Positions 25,640-42,629 of a stretch of 64,000 bases of DNA are shown here, piece by piece. Below the pieces are notes generated by a model, which was not told the DNA's origin, searched no databases, and saw nothing but the letters and a program-made list of their open reading frames with translations. Position 1 is the first letter of the stretch. Every line of letters begins with the position of its first letter. Source of the DNA: Lingula anatina (Eukaryota > Animalia > Brachiopoda); NCBI GenBank assembly GCA_051362555.1, contig CM120640.1, positions 63,838,788 to 63,902,787 of the forward strand, read 5' to 3'. The translations under genes and the position numbers were made by a program.

Positions 25640-25916
25640 CAGGGGCGGATCCAGGATTATTTGAAGGGGGTCCGTTTTTTAAGAATGACAGGCCGCGCAT
25701 GAGAAGCAGACCTTAACCCCCCCTTTGGTGTGGGGTTCAGGGCCCGCCGAAGGGCCTCGAAAAAAATGGTATTTTAGAGGGCGAGCGGTGTCATTTGATA
25801 CAGTTAAGAACTGTGATTCAGCTAGTCAAAATTCTAAATTCACCATTGGTGTGACTTTTTTCAAAAATCGAAGGGAGGTCATGACCCCCATGACACCCTC
25901 TCTAAATCATCCACTG
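25640..25916. mobile_element. MITE CAGGGGCGGATCC...CATCCACTG with 5-bp TSD CACTG
   Basis: cactg at 25635-25639 and 25917-25921; imperfect TIR. Confidence 0.7.
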
Positions 25917-26299
25917 CACTGATCTAAAGAGTGAGTGACTACTTTAGAGCACGGATTCTTTTTAAAGTCTTTAATCTTTATCTCAGCGAGCTAGGGTTAG
26001 GCTATTTTGTTAGCAGAAAGTAAGTCGCGATAATTACCCGACGGGGCAGGGCATGGCACTATTCTTAACAGAAACCAAACAGCGCATGGATGACAATGTT
26101 ATTTCCATGGTTACCGCGCCAGGCCGTATGAACAACCCGCAGCGACCCGCAGAGTAAGGGGACTATCCGGCGGGACTGTACGATAGTGGACACAGTATCT
26201 CATAATATATTTAACGTGGCACTTGTCGGCTTCCAAAAGAACTTGTTCATCCATCAGTCTGTGAAGGACGAGTTTTGTTCGAACAACAACTGTGGTACT

Positions 26300-29200
26300 A
26301 TGTGGACATTACATTTGCGTTGTTTTGGTGGCAAGGTCATTGTTAAATTCATCATATTTATTGCCTGTGTCATCGCATACACTCGCTTTTTTCGCACAAG
26401 CCTGACAAGAAGCAAAAAACCTGGATTGACTAATAAGGATATTTATGACCAAGATGAACTTGAAGAAAATAAGACGCCGATGAATTTCTTCCAAACAGAA
26501 AAAAGCCTAATTAGGTATTTATAGTTTTCTGTAACAATTCTTGCTCTTAGAGCGGTGTCAAACAGGGGCGTAACCAGACCTTTTAAAATTCCACGCACAG
26601 ATTTTCAAAATTCCCATGTACAGCTAATTGTAGACTTACGCAACAAATGAAGGGCAGTTTAAATTTTATGCGCCAAAATAATAGCTTAGTTTTCACCAGT
26701 AATAAATTCATCACTTAAAGTGTAAAATATTCACATAATATTATTAAGTTCCAGTATATTATTTCACCCAGAACAACTTAGCACTAACCAGTGTATAAGT
26801 TTAACCAGTGGATAAATTCTCCTAACACCCCTTAACAAAAAGATGGTTAAAAATGTGTTTCATAAACAGTGTTTAAACAGCCGGTTAGTTAACTGTCCAG
26901 TGCTTAACTGGATAAGATATTTAAAAGTTAGTTAAAGCAATAATAACTCTTCGTTTCGGCCAAAAAATGAATTTTCCTGGAGTAAACAACAATTTTCCCA
27001 TACTTACCAATGGTTAATGAATCCATTTTTACATTCAAAGTTAGTCCCTGGTTTTTTTCTAAAAAGTTTGGTTTTTTGTTAAAATCTCTTAAGAGATTTT
27101 AACAGAGTATAGACATCAATGGAGGTCACGTGGTCTAAAGACAAGTTCAAATATCAGAATAAAAGCTATAACTGCTGTTTTTGTGGTAAAACAGAATATA
27201 TTATATTTCTATGAGTTATTCACAATGTTTTTATTGTGAAATATAGATCTCATACGAAGAGTTATTATCCCTTTAACTAACTGTCTGTTTAGGGGTAAAA
27301 ATTAAGTGAAAAAAAAAAATTAATTTCATTGTGAAGGGAGGGTTAAAAATAATTGATAACGATCTCCCGCTGACGCTCTTTCGCGAAAGAACGCCCTTGA
27401 ATGAATAAGAAAATTGCCTTCTCCTCTCGCTCGGATCGCAAACGAGACCCGGCTGACGATATTCTGCGAACGAAGTCTTTTGAACGAATATGAAAATTGT
27501 TTTCTCGTTTAGCTGGGATCGCGATCGATCTCCCGCTGAAGATACGAGAAGCGGCTTCTCTACTCGCTGCGGTCGGTAACTATCTCTTGCTCCCAATCTT
27601 CGACTAACGAAGCCCTTTGAACAAATAAGAAAGTTGCCTTCTCGTCTCTTTCGGATTGCGAACGATCTCTCGCTGAAGATTTTAAATTGCCGTTCTTGTC
27701 TATCAGCTTTGTCAGGTGCCGTTCGTATAAAGGTCCAGAAGGTGTCCCCTTTCATAATAGTGAGCTCAGACTTCATTTATTAGGGCCTACACGCGTTTTG
27801 TACCGCATGTAGATCATTCTTGTCACTGCTGCATTATGTATTTAAAAGTTAATGGAAACATTTTACTGTGTTTTGTAAGCTTTAAGTTGTGACAGAATAA
27901 CAGCATGCACTACAAAGTAGCATTATTCAACTGGGACGCATCATAAATTTCTCTAAGGAATTTTCGTACGATGTCCACGGCCGCCTCGACAAGCCAAGCC
28001 CTCATTTTTTAAAATCGTAAGCCGTCCAGCCGTCTTTGAAAATATTGGCCGTCCAGTGATGCCGTCCAATATTACAGCCTTGCCCAGAACGGTATATTTA
28101 TTTATCTTGGGCTTTACTGACACAAACTTTGGGCACATATGCAGATTATGCCTGCAGATTATGCCAAAATAATTGTACGCACAGCGCATACGTGCGTATG
28201 GCTGGTTACGCCCCTGTCAAAGACAACTGAGAATTGGTTGTTTTTGCCAAACTGAATTTATTCAAATGTGACGGAAAACTTTATAAGAATTTTTCATACC
28301 GAGCGTCTCTGTTAAGGCACGCAAGCTAGTTCGAGCGCCAACTAAGCTTGTTAAATCATATAAGTCTTAATCTCGAAAACTAAATCATATAAGTCTTAAT
28401 CTCGAAAACTATGTTTCAGCAGTTCACCAAATGCATCTGGTGCACCAAACATGCACCTTGCTGTAGTGGCCTGTGGGGATAGACTTGAGGAGACACTGGT
28501 CATGATCAAATCTGCTCTTATTCTCTCCAGAAATGCAATTAAGGTCCACATATTTGCAGAATATGATCTTCATCTAGGTTTCAAACAACAGGTAATGCTA
28601 TGTTTGCTAGTACATACAAAATCAAAGAACCAGAACAAGTACGTATACATGTACAGGTACCTGTACTTTACTCCCCTGGCAAAAAAGTGTCTCCCCCTAA
28701 CGCATTTATAAACATTGCTTTAAAGGTCCCCATAGATTTAATTTTTCTATTACATTACAACTACCGGTAGGAAACCAATCATCGTATGTAAATTGAGGAA
28801 TTTAGTTTATAGTTTATTCATTGCAACATATGCATCCACCTGGGTAGATAAAAATGAAAATACAATTTTAGTGAGTATGGTATTAACCAATTACAATGTG
28901 TAAGACTACTTACTTACTGTGAGCAATAGAACATTGACCTACATGTGGGTGTTTCCTTGCACGAGATAAACACTCATCGTGCCCCAGGGTGGAATAGAAC
29001 CTTTTTATCCGAGCATCCTATTCCTAACCAACGTAACCGGCTTAAATGTCTGTCGCGCCTAGTAAAGCTGTTAGGGGGTAGTTATCTTTACCCCCTAGCT
29101 GATTCGGTGGCCTGACAGACATTTAAGCAGGTTAGGTGATAGCTATTTAGTAAGACTCCCCAGGGAATTAGACCAATCCAGATGGATCGATCTAGGCATG

Positions 29201-30863
29201 GGAACCCAGTCTTAGATTCGACTCGCCTGTGTCACGTGGATTGTTTTAACTTTCAAAGCGATGTTGAACATTCCCAAATAGAACCAGCAATATTTTACGA
29301 ACTTTTGAACAGACTACACCTTCGCCTAATAAAACCAGTGCTTTAATAAAAAAACATAAATTTGAAAACTTTCAATCCTTATTAATCTTATAATACCCCT
29401 TAATATTTTCTTGTTTAAATACTTGATCTTTCTGAGGTCGCAGGGCCTGTGCTGTTACGGTCACACTGTACAAAAAAGACTCTTTGCGACAGGCAACTGT
29501 CACCGGTTGCAAGAACTCGTGGTTTTCAAAACGCTGGGTTAATATCTGGTCGATCCTATTTTCGGTGCAGCAACGATAACCCCCTGGCGACTGAAAAACC
29601 TATTTGTGGTATCCAACCGGTTGCTAAAAGGTCGCCGACTGCTTTGCAACTGATTTGCTACCGATATTGTGGTCTCCCCTTTGTCTTTTTAGCCCCAGGC
29701 GTGTACCATTTACAATATATCCAAATTAACTCGTGACAGGTCGTGCGCATCGTGTACTTTTTTACACTTTACCATCCTTGTAGTGAGGATACCAAGCACT
29801 GGAAAAATGTTAATTTGTATCTACTGTAACTATTTCATTTAAGATTCCTGGACACATTTAACGATCTGTAACATTATTTGTAGATCATTTTAATGGTTGA
29901 AAATATGAAATGATAGGAATAATACAACGCTGATTAAATTATTTTCATTTTCCGTTTTCTCTGCATCAGTGTATTTGTTACATTGCTTACTCAGATAATA
30001 TGGCTTTGCAAATTTTAAATGACATACAGCGATGAAACATTGAGGGTATCACCATATTCACCAATGTTTTTTGAAAAAAATCGCACATTGCCTTTTAGCC
30101 TCATATAAATTTTTTTGTTTTCGTAAATGAAAACCTTAACATTAGTGTAAAATCTTGCCAACAAATGCAATTTATGCTTTCTTTTTCTAAAATATTATGG
30201 TTTTTGATCATGATATTTAGAAGGCACACATGACAAATTATGAAAAAAGTCTCCGTCTCAATAGACCACCATCCAACGCCTATGCAACCTTGCAGTTACA
30301 ACTGCAACCTTCTAGCGACCTGCTGCCGACTACTTGCGACTGATTAGAAACTTGTAAGAGACCAGGCGAATAAATACCGTCAATCGACTGTGCAGTTACA
30401 AGTAGTATGCTACTGGTTATGATGACCTACTGGCAACCAAGAAGAGACCGATAGGCAACCTTATGAATGCCGATATTTTCAGCTTAAGTCGCACTAGTTG
30501 TCAGTGCACAAAAAGTGACCTTCATGTGTCAACAATCGCTGGGGAACTGTTAGCAACCTTATGCGACCACTTTAAAACATATGGCAACCTCCTTGCAACT
30601 GATGTTGCAAAAGGTTGGAAGTGCAGTGTGCACCAGGCTTAAGGCCGACCGAAGGAAGCGACACCCAGAGAAGAGAGAATGTTAACACAACTTTTCATGA
30701 CATTTAAGAACTTGACTGCAACATTTAACAAGAATAAGGTAAACCATGTTTCTGAGTTTACCGTCAGAAGACGTCTACACAGAAGCTGTTATTTTGGCAG
30801 GACTGGAGTGATCACCGTCAGGAACCGTCTACTTCGAGTCAGATGGTGTACCACAACTCCTAC

Positions 30864-30896
<33 letters not shown>

Positions 30897-31310
30897 GTTT
30901 ACTAAGATTGCAACCTGGGGATTGAAGTTAAGAACATTATAATGATAATAATGATAATAACATGGACACCAGCCAGCTATTGGGCATCGATACTGTTCTC
31001 AGAAGAAAGCAGTTCCGGCGTTTTCAGAAGTGATGGACGCGCAAGTGTTTGTAGAACAGCTGGTAAAATTATCCTTCCAATTTTCTGCTTCATGTTGACA
31101 GGACGCAGCCCTTATCAGTCATGGGAGGGGTATTGACTACCATGGCGTAGGCGAGCTGATACACGAAATACATCCAAGTCCTGCAAAGGAACTACAAAAA
31201 TTCTGTTGAGAATGTCTTGGGGACCTTGACCACCCAGTTATGTTTCAGCATCATATTCTACTCCACGTATGTTCCCCCTCCCCTAAAGGGCAGTATAGTC
31301 TATAGATCAG

Positions 31311-31355
<45 letters not shown>

Positions 31356-34300
31356 GCGTATGTCCGTTTTCATCTAGGTAGTGTACACTAAAGAATCAAA
31401 AGGCAAAGGATTATATTGGCATTTCCAAGCCAGTCTTTAGCTCTTTCGTCTAACGAGTTTAGTGAGTCCAACCCTGGGCACTGATGCAGCTGACAAATCT
31501 CTACGATGTGGTTTACTGTTTGTAGGGGGGCACCACACAGATCAGAACCTCATTGAAGAGGATAACTGAGGGAACTATTGGTTTCTGACTTAATTTTCTC
31601 TTTCTTTCCATGCATTGCACTAGAGATGACAGTTTTTTTTGGTAGGGGGTTACAATGTATATTTCGCTTGCCATCTTGCCAAAGCTTATATCAAATCTGA
31701 CTGGATTTTAATGACTATGATACATATGGATTATTAAAGTATGTGTATCAGAATAAGAATAAGGTAGGCAAAGCGAGGGGAGAGACTATAAAATTTTCTC
31801 CTTCCCTAATGCCATCTCCAGTTCACTTTTGGATCGGTCAGTTTGTACAGTATATTTCGTTAACATGCATCTGATGAAAGAAAATGAAAATTAGTATTAA
31901 ATCATTGGCATGTGTAATAATTTTCATAGACAATGTGCATGTAAATTGTCAAGAAACGAACCAGTCTAGTGTTCCTCAGAGAAAGCGTAGCTGCCGACGT
32001 CTTTGTGCAAGTTCTGGCGGAAAAGTTCTAGAGGAAAAGCTAACAGAGGCAGACCAAATGTAACTTACTCTGGCACCATCAGGAATGAATACTGGTCTGC
32101 AAACAAATGGAATCCTCGCAATAACGAAAAAGAAATAACTCTGGTCTAAACACTTTGCTGCTGCTGTTGTCTTCCGCCCAAAGGTGAAAAATGACGATTG
32201 TCATGAGATGCCGTCCTTGGCAGCTACGCTAGATGTTAATTGTTTTTTTTTATTCTTAATGGCACTTTATTGCCTTCGGATGACTTCTTTTTTCTCTTAT
32301 CCATGCTTCCTTAAACATGGCATTAACTTTTCCCGTTAAAATGCCAATAATTTGCCAAATTAATATCATTGATCACCAGAAGGAACCCAAACGAAAAAAT
32401 TCTCTAATATACTGTTGCTTGAAGGTAGAGCAAGGAATTATAAAAGAACACAAATGAGCTCTTTGAATAATACATTTTGTCTTAGTTTGAACTTAATTAT
32501 TGAAATCGCAGAAACAATATTCTGTTGGAATATTCCATTATTTTTAAAAATAGTTTATAAACTGTAAACAATTGTTCGGAATTTTTATTTCTTGGACAGT
32601 TGGACAAATGGACAGCTGCTTTACAGGACACATTTACCTACCAGCTTTATCCTATTACATACCCTGAGGAAAACAGTTTTGAAGAATGGAAGAATTTAAA
32701 AGCAAATAAACCATGTGTCACTCAAAGATTATTTTTACCGGTAAGCTGGCAAATCACCAAATGTGTCGGTTGCAATACATTTATCCAGTCTGTTCTAATA
32801 CACTCTTTCACTTAACTTTAAGAGATAGATAAATTCCATTACTTGGAATTTGTTATATTCGTTTGAAAATTAGATTTTAATCTTGAATGGCGATTTAAAT
32901 GGTGATATAACAAAAATGAATTTATAAGTATTGAGGTTTATGAACAGATAAAACCCCAAGCAGTAGAGGCAGTTGTTTCCCACCACTAGTTTCATGTTTG
33001 GAAGCAGGGAGTGGAGTTGTGGTCTGGGTCAGTTTTAAAGAAATTCTTAAGTATTTAATTCTGATGAGTATTTTTGAAAACAATTTTTAAACCTGCAGAC
33101 GGCAACTGGATCCAATTTCTCTCTTTGCAGACTCTCTTGGAGGATGTTGATTCCGTGCTGTATGTGGACACAGATATCTTATTTTTGCGACCTTTTGTTG
33201 ATCTCTGGAACTTCTTTAAGTATTTCAACTCTAGTCATATAGCAGCCCTTGCTCCTGAACGTATGCATAGATTAGATGGGTACGATCATTTTGTTCTGCT
33301 TCCACATTATGGATTGAAGGGTAAGAATATTAAAGCTTTTACATTATCTGCTTGTATCATTGTGGCAGAAAGTCTCACAAATTTTTGTAAAAAATGGCGA
33401 TATTTTTCTGGACTTGAGCTGCATTTCATCCAGTTTTTTCTATTCACGGGTGACATCACACACCGCCGTCATCCTCGTTTCAAGACTATCTCTGACTTTC
33501 CCTTTGAGAACTGGGCGGTAAAGCATACCGTGCGTTGACATATATCTATTGTGAAAAGATTTCATCTCCAAATTTCGGCTGATGAATAACCAGAAGCTGA
33601 TCTGGAAGGATTTCTCTCGTGTTGGATGATGTAGCGGTACCGTCCTATATATTGAACAAATGGCTGTCATTTTATGTATTAACCAAATTTTCATATTTAA
33701 GTCACAGTAAGGTCTAGTTTGTTTTAAAATTAATTGTCAAGCAACACAAGCCCTCGATTTTATTTTTCATTAATTTCATTTTGCTAACGATTGCGTCGGT
33801 TGTTGCCTTTGGTAAGTCAGTCTTTGGTAATTAAAAGATGTTTAAATTGGCAGTTTAATTCATTAAGATTTATATGAACACGTAGCTACATTGTATTCAT
33901 AAGGTTATAAAATGATAATTCTGATAATTCGTACAAAGCCTACTACGTGTACAAACAGCCATGACACCCAGTTTTTTCTACTCAACCAAACCACTGAGCT
34001 CCTATGAATTCCTAATTGATAACAATGGAGTATTGAAGGAACCTGAACTGACAGAAATTGACATACATATTTTAGACATTCCCAAATAGTTTTTAGCCTA
34101 TATTTTTCTTTAAGAAGCAACTTGCAATTCTGTTGTCAAATGGGCCTTAGTGACGAATATAGAAATAATTACTGAAGATTTTAAAACTAGTTCTTAAGAT
34201 AAATCTGACTGCTTTATTGGTTTTGTTTAGAAATCTTTGTTTTAGAATACACTGACAAAACAGAATAAAAACGAAGTTGGCGACATAATTTTCCCTCAGT

Positions 34301-36635
34301 TGAAAATCAAATACTTCTCTCAATACCACATTCCTTAAGATTCTATTGCAATAAAGTCCGGACAGGGCGGATACAACAAATCAAAAATGGGGTGTCCTCT
34401 TCTATATTTAATTTTTGCGTGCACTTGCACATTTCTAAAATCACTCAGAGCAAGATTAGCAATATTATAAACTTTCCCTTGTAAATGTAAATGTCTAAGC
34501 TGGTGGAACTTTTCCACGCTTTTTCTTTTACTCTAGATTTCCTTTTTCTCTTTCAGGATTAAATTCCGGGGTGATATTAATGAACTTGACAAGAATGAGG
34601 GAGTTTCCATGGAAAGAGCTGATCACAAAGTTTTACCTGATGTACAAATTCAACACAACATTAGATGATCAGGATCTCATAAATATTGTGTTCCATTTCC
34701 ATCCAGGTTATCACAATTTCATCAACCAAAATATACTCAAGTAGATAAATGAATAAGACGTAAAAATGAATATGGAAAGTAATAGGGATAATTAATGATA
34801 AATTAATTTTAAAAGATTTTAATGAAAATTTCATAGAAGTTATTTTCTAGGTCTTCTCTCATTCTGTGCAATACTCCTTGGCTTATTTTACATACATGTA
34901 CCTGGGTCCAGCTTTATATATTATGCTATCGTTTCAAGATAATTAAATTTTCTTAAACGTCAGAATGGCTTGTCAGGAATCTTCAAATATTTACGCCTTT
35001 GGTATTAAGAAGTTAGAGGAGGTTCCTACGAAATATTTTAAAATTTATCACAGCGTTGAAAGGTCTTATAAACGAAATTGCCGTTTGCGATCTCGAATTG
35101 CCGGATTATGATCGCGAACGCCGATTTCAAGACAGGAACGTACAAGTAGGGCCTACTTGTCACGTGTAGCGAAATCTACATTGGGAACCTTTTTATCCAG
35201 GCGTTAGCCAGGTCTTTTGCAGAATTCCTTCATTTTAAAATTTGGCAGATATTCAATTTAATATTTGTAAAATCTTCTAAAAGATCATGTTACCCCAGAA
35301 ACTGATATAAACCACTCCTTTAGCGTGAAGAACAGATTACTGTGACAAAAATGTCCTCCTAATTTTTTGGACACAAGGCCTTTACTGCTAGTAATCGTCC
35401 TTTCCATAACACGTGTCTAGGGACTTATTTCATCAAATGATTTATAGACCGGTTGCTGCTAAACATTCTTTATAAAACTTGGTCCTTAAAGTCCCTTCGA
35501 GCTACTTAGCGGTTTCAAAAGTTTCCACCCAGCAAAATATTTTTGCACATTGCATATTTTCGCATGGGTTGGTTTCAATAAGCCGACAGAATCTTCCCAA
35601 CCATTAAACCAGTGTTTGGTATTCTTGTGAATAACCGTAACGTATAAATGAGGCATCCATGTACCAAATATTAAGCATCTGGTTCGTTTACCTTATATGT
35701 AATGCAAATATATTAAAAACAATGTCCAAAACTAAGCTAAACTTCCTAATAACGCCTTTTAAGCTGCAATCGAAATTTTCACATAAAGGAATATCCTGTG
35801 AACAGACAAAACAATTATAAGTATATATTACATGTATGTGCATGCTGTGTGGTACATGTTTCAATGTTAAAAACACCTAATTGATATATTTTAATAAATA
35901 AAAAATAAAACTGTGGTTGTTTTATATTTATTTTCAGAAAAGGTATTTGAGTTGACCTGTGATTGGAATTACAGGCCAGACTGCTGTATGTATGCCAGTG
36001 TTTGTAAAGACGCAGAGAAAGAGGGCATTTCAGTTCTCCATGGTAACAGGAGAATGTACCATAATGACAAACAACCGCCCTTCAATGCAGTTTATGAAGC
36101 TTTTAGAAAGGTACATTAAGCATTCAGAGTCATTAGTGTTTTAGAGTATTATACCTGTATGACGCACATCTTTGTATTCACAAGCACGGAAAAATACGCG
36201 TATAGATGTTCCAATAAAAATATTTAAATTATAAACGTCTTTTGAAGCTTGATACTTTTATCACTAAGAATATTGTCATGACCATTATAAAAAGCTGGGT
36301 GAATTAAGACCACACAGTTTAAAAATAATGAGAGATGTAAAAAAATGAGTAAAACACCTTTTTATTTGAACCTTTCAATTTCTGTTTAATATAGGAGATA
36401 CATTTAACGCTTTACACTACCTTGATAACTCAAATTCAACAAAGGGAATATGAATCTGTAAACACCTTTCATTTATATGTTTTAGTACACTATGGGTCAA
36501 GATCTTAGGACAGGCCTTCTAGAGCAGATGAAGATGAATCTTGACAAAGGACCAAAAAGCAACTGTGGTTATGTCAAACACATATTCATTAAACAGATAG
36601 AAAAACAAATTACTCTGCTTGAAGGGAGAAGTTAG
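26300..36635 (+). CDS. Glucoside xylosyltransferase paralog, copy 3, divergent, ~396 aa
   Basis: Exons 26300-26514, 28420(or 28423)-28591, 32600-32740, 33131-33320, 34557-34706, 35938-36110, 36486-36635. Phases match copies 1 and 2, the frame is open, and YVDTD, NSGV and DQD are retained. Exon 1 (TM plus stem) does not align with the other copies and is the least certain exon. Confidence 0.85.
26563..28216. mobile_element. 1.65-kb non-autonomous TIR element, 15-bp TIR CAGGGGCGTAACCAG, 5-bp TSD TCAAA
   Basis: caggggcgtaaccag at 26563; ctggttacgcccctg ending at 28216; tcaaa at 26558-26562 and 28217-28221. Confidence 0.85.
26936..27272. mobile_element. Kolobok-like MITE (TTAA-flanked) nested in the 26563 element
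   Basis: ttaa|ag..ataataactcttcgt ... acgaagagttattat..ct|ttaa. Confidence 0.65.
29010..29200. mobile_element. Palindromic MITE-like element; related inverted copy at ~50485-50705
   Basis: Hairpin gcttaaatgtctgtc...ctgttagggggta/taccccctagctg...gacagacatttaagc. The same motifs appear inverted at 50590-50635. Confidence 0.55.
29458..30640. mobile_element. Degenerate Harbinger-like non-autonomous element
   Basis: ggtcacactgta at ~29459 versus tgcagtgtgcacc at ~30623; both arms are rich in gcaac/gcgac short repeats. Confidence 0.45.
30643..31270 (+). pseudogene. Tc1/mariner (Tc1-type) transposase relic
   Basis: Ordered fragments GRPKEATPREERML, VSEFTVRRRLHRSCYFGR, RNRLLRVRWC, WASILFSEESS..FRSDGRASV, a (W)GGIDYHGVGEL-like piece and FQH. 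These match the Tc1 HTH and DDE motifs, with frameshifts and a (TAA)n interruption at ~30866-30960. Confidence 0.8.
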
Positions 36636-38708
36636 CTTGTTTTGGTACATGTGAGAATAATACATATGAGTGTGTATAGACATATTTCACTCGTATGTCA
36701 CCTACATTATAGTGCTTCGATTTGTTGTGAATGTCGATTGTAAATTGTCGGTTGTCTCAATTTATAGCATTTTTGGCAGAAGCGAGCAGAATTACATGTA
36801 TGAAATGGTAACCAGCGGTGACAGATCACTTTTTAAAAGACAGTCTTATTATAGAAAAAAAACTTTACTAGTACTTGTACATTAATTTATAAGCTGACTA
36901 TATTTTAAATACATATACCACTTAACGGAATACAAGAAATAAAACAAGATGCCTAAGTAATATGCCATACTTACGGGTATCATCACTTCTCGGTCTATCG
37001 GTACGAACGATGACAAAATTTACGTTTCGTAACGATCTTGCTTAAATTGACATTCTGTAAATGTTGATGGCTGATAGGTTCTCTCCGGGGGTTATCGTAT
37101 TCAAGCACTTGTGTATCAGGGCAATATGTTATGATTTCAAAAAGAATTTGGTTCTGGATATAGTGATATTTGAACACATTTTCGGTCTGTTAGTCTAAGA
37201 GAAACCCGAGGGAGCGCTTCTCATCGTCTGATAATGCATTGGTGATTGCGCTAAAACAAGTTCACAGAAAAAAGGTATCAAAAGGTACTAATACCAAGCA
37301 CAGTCTATCTTAGGGTTCTTATAATCTGGTGCTCTTACTTTCATTAAAATTAACTTGGAAATGAACTTTTTTTGTCATTTGCATTGGTATATATTTTGGA
37401 AAGATTTGTAGAATAGTCAAATACGCACTAAAGAAAAACAAGCATTATCACCTAAACCGTCAAACTCTCTCAACCATGATAATCCGCCATAGTGATCCTT
37501 GATAATGTTACATGTACATTCACAGGATGGTCATGTGGACATTTTTCTTTAATTTGGCGGGGCCAATATTTGATTTTTTTTTTTACTTTTTTAAATTCCA
37601 CAAAGGACATAACATTGGCTCATCATATTATTACCCTGAGCAAATGAAATATTGAAGCAATGTTGCTGCAACTAAAAAGTTTGCAGAAACAAGTTCGGAG
37701 GAGTTTGCAAGAAAAATTCTGTTGCAGCAAATTTGCAAGAAGGAATTGCAGTTTGCAGTAATATTGTAGCAAATTTGCTGTAAATTTGCAGAAGGCATGA
37801 TGTTTTGCTAAGAGTAATTGTTTCCAAGTCTTAATTGTAAATTCATATCCAAATTTTAGCTTTGCCCATTTTGCAGCACTCCTCAGCACCATCTTCAATT
37901 TTTCTAGCAGCCATACACGTTGGATGATTTAAATTACCACTTGTACACGCCTGTTATCCATGCCACTGTCCTCTTTCAAAGTCATCCTTGAAAACATGGT
38001 TTTGCCCTCAAGCAAAGAATGCTTTTTTAAATTAAACCTGAACCATTAAAAGGAAAAAAATTACACAAGTAATGTAAAACACCAAACTCAAGCCTCAAAC
38101 ACTGCTTTTATTAGTTAAAAATAACATCGCAACAAAGTAAAAAGCCAGGCTAAGTGGGGAAATAATGACAGCCAAGTGTTTCCTTTGTATTCATCTCTGA
38201 CTCTCAATATTTCCAGTACACTAACATAAGGACCTGCCTGTAAAAAGGGCAGTACTTTGCGGGTTCTGACTCAGGCCCATTAATTTATAGTACATGTAAC
38301 CTGTTGGTGTTGGGTGTTGGGGTCTACTTTATATAATTGTACACTGAACACCTTTAGTCTCCATTCAGTTGGTCAACACCAATGGTGACAAAAGTGGCTC
38401 AACTCTTACTACATGTTAGTGCACTGATACTCCATCGGGAAGATAAATTTTAGACTTACGCCTACCATGTTTCTACCCTCAATAAATAGCTTAATAAATA
38501 AATAAATAAATAAATAAATAATCCCCCGCACCAGTAACCACATCTTTACTCCCCGCTGTGTTACTGAAATATCATAAAAAACATGATGAAACATGTTACA
38601 TTTTTAAAAATCATGCAAAAAAAAAAAATCAAGTTACTGGTAACTGACATAGTTCTTTTCTAAAAACCATTGCACCATCCCTTTAAAAATACTTCTTAGA
38701 AGAGTATT

Positions 38709-42347
<3,639 letters not shown>

Positions 42348-42629
42348 GCTTGACTCTTATTGGGTCAAGGCCACTCTAAAGGTGTCCATCATCGGCCCAA
42401 TCCAGCTACTTTTAACTGTTCTCAAATGAATTAGTAACCCCTCCGTTTTGTAAAAAATAAGTTCAAAACTGAAGAAAAAACATTATATTATATAAAATAT
42501 TATGCTTTTGTAAATAATTATGATTTAAATAAAAATTTATCTTTTTTTAATTGGCCGGAAATACATAAGATACTGTAATGGTTTATGATAAAGACCCAGT
42601 TAATTACAACTTGCCGGTTGCTGTTGTCC
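42348..42629. promoter_or_regulatory. Putative bidirectional promoter JMJD7/MYG1
   Basis: 282 bp between divergent start codons; ETS-type CCGGAAAT at 42555-42562. Confidence 0.6.

Noticed and set aside
27273-27776. 167-aa minus-strand ORF
   Set aside because: Lies in internally repetitive sequence of a non-autonomous element; no transposase or other motifs recognised.
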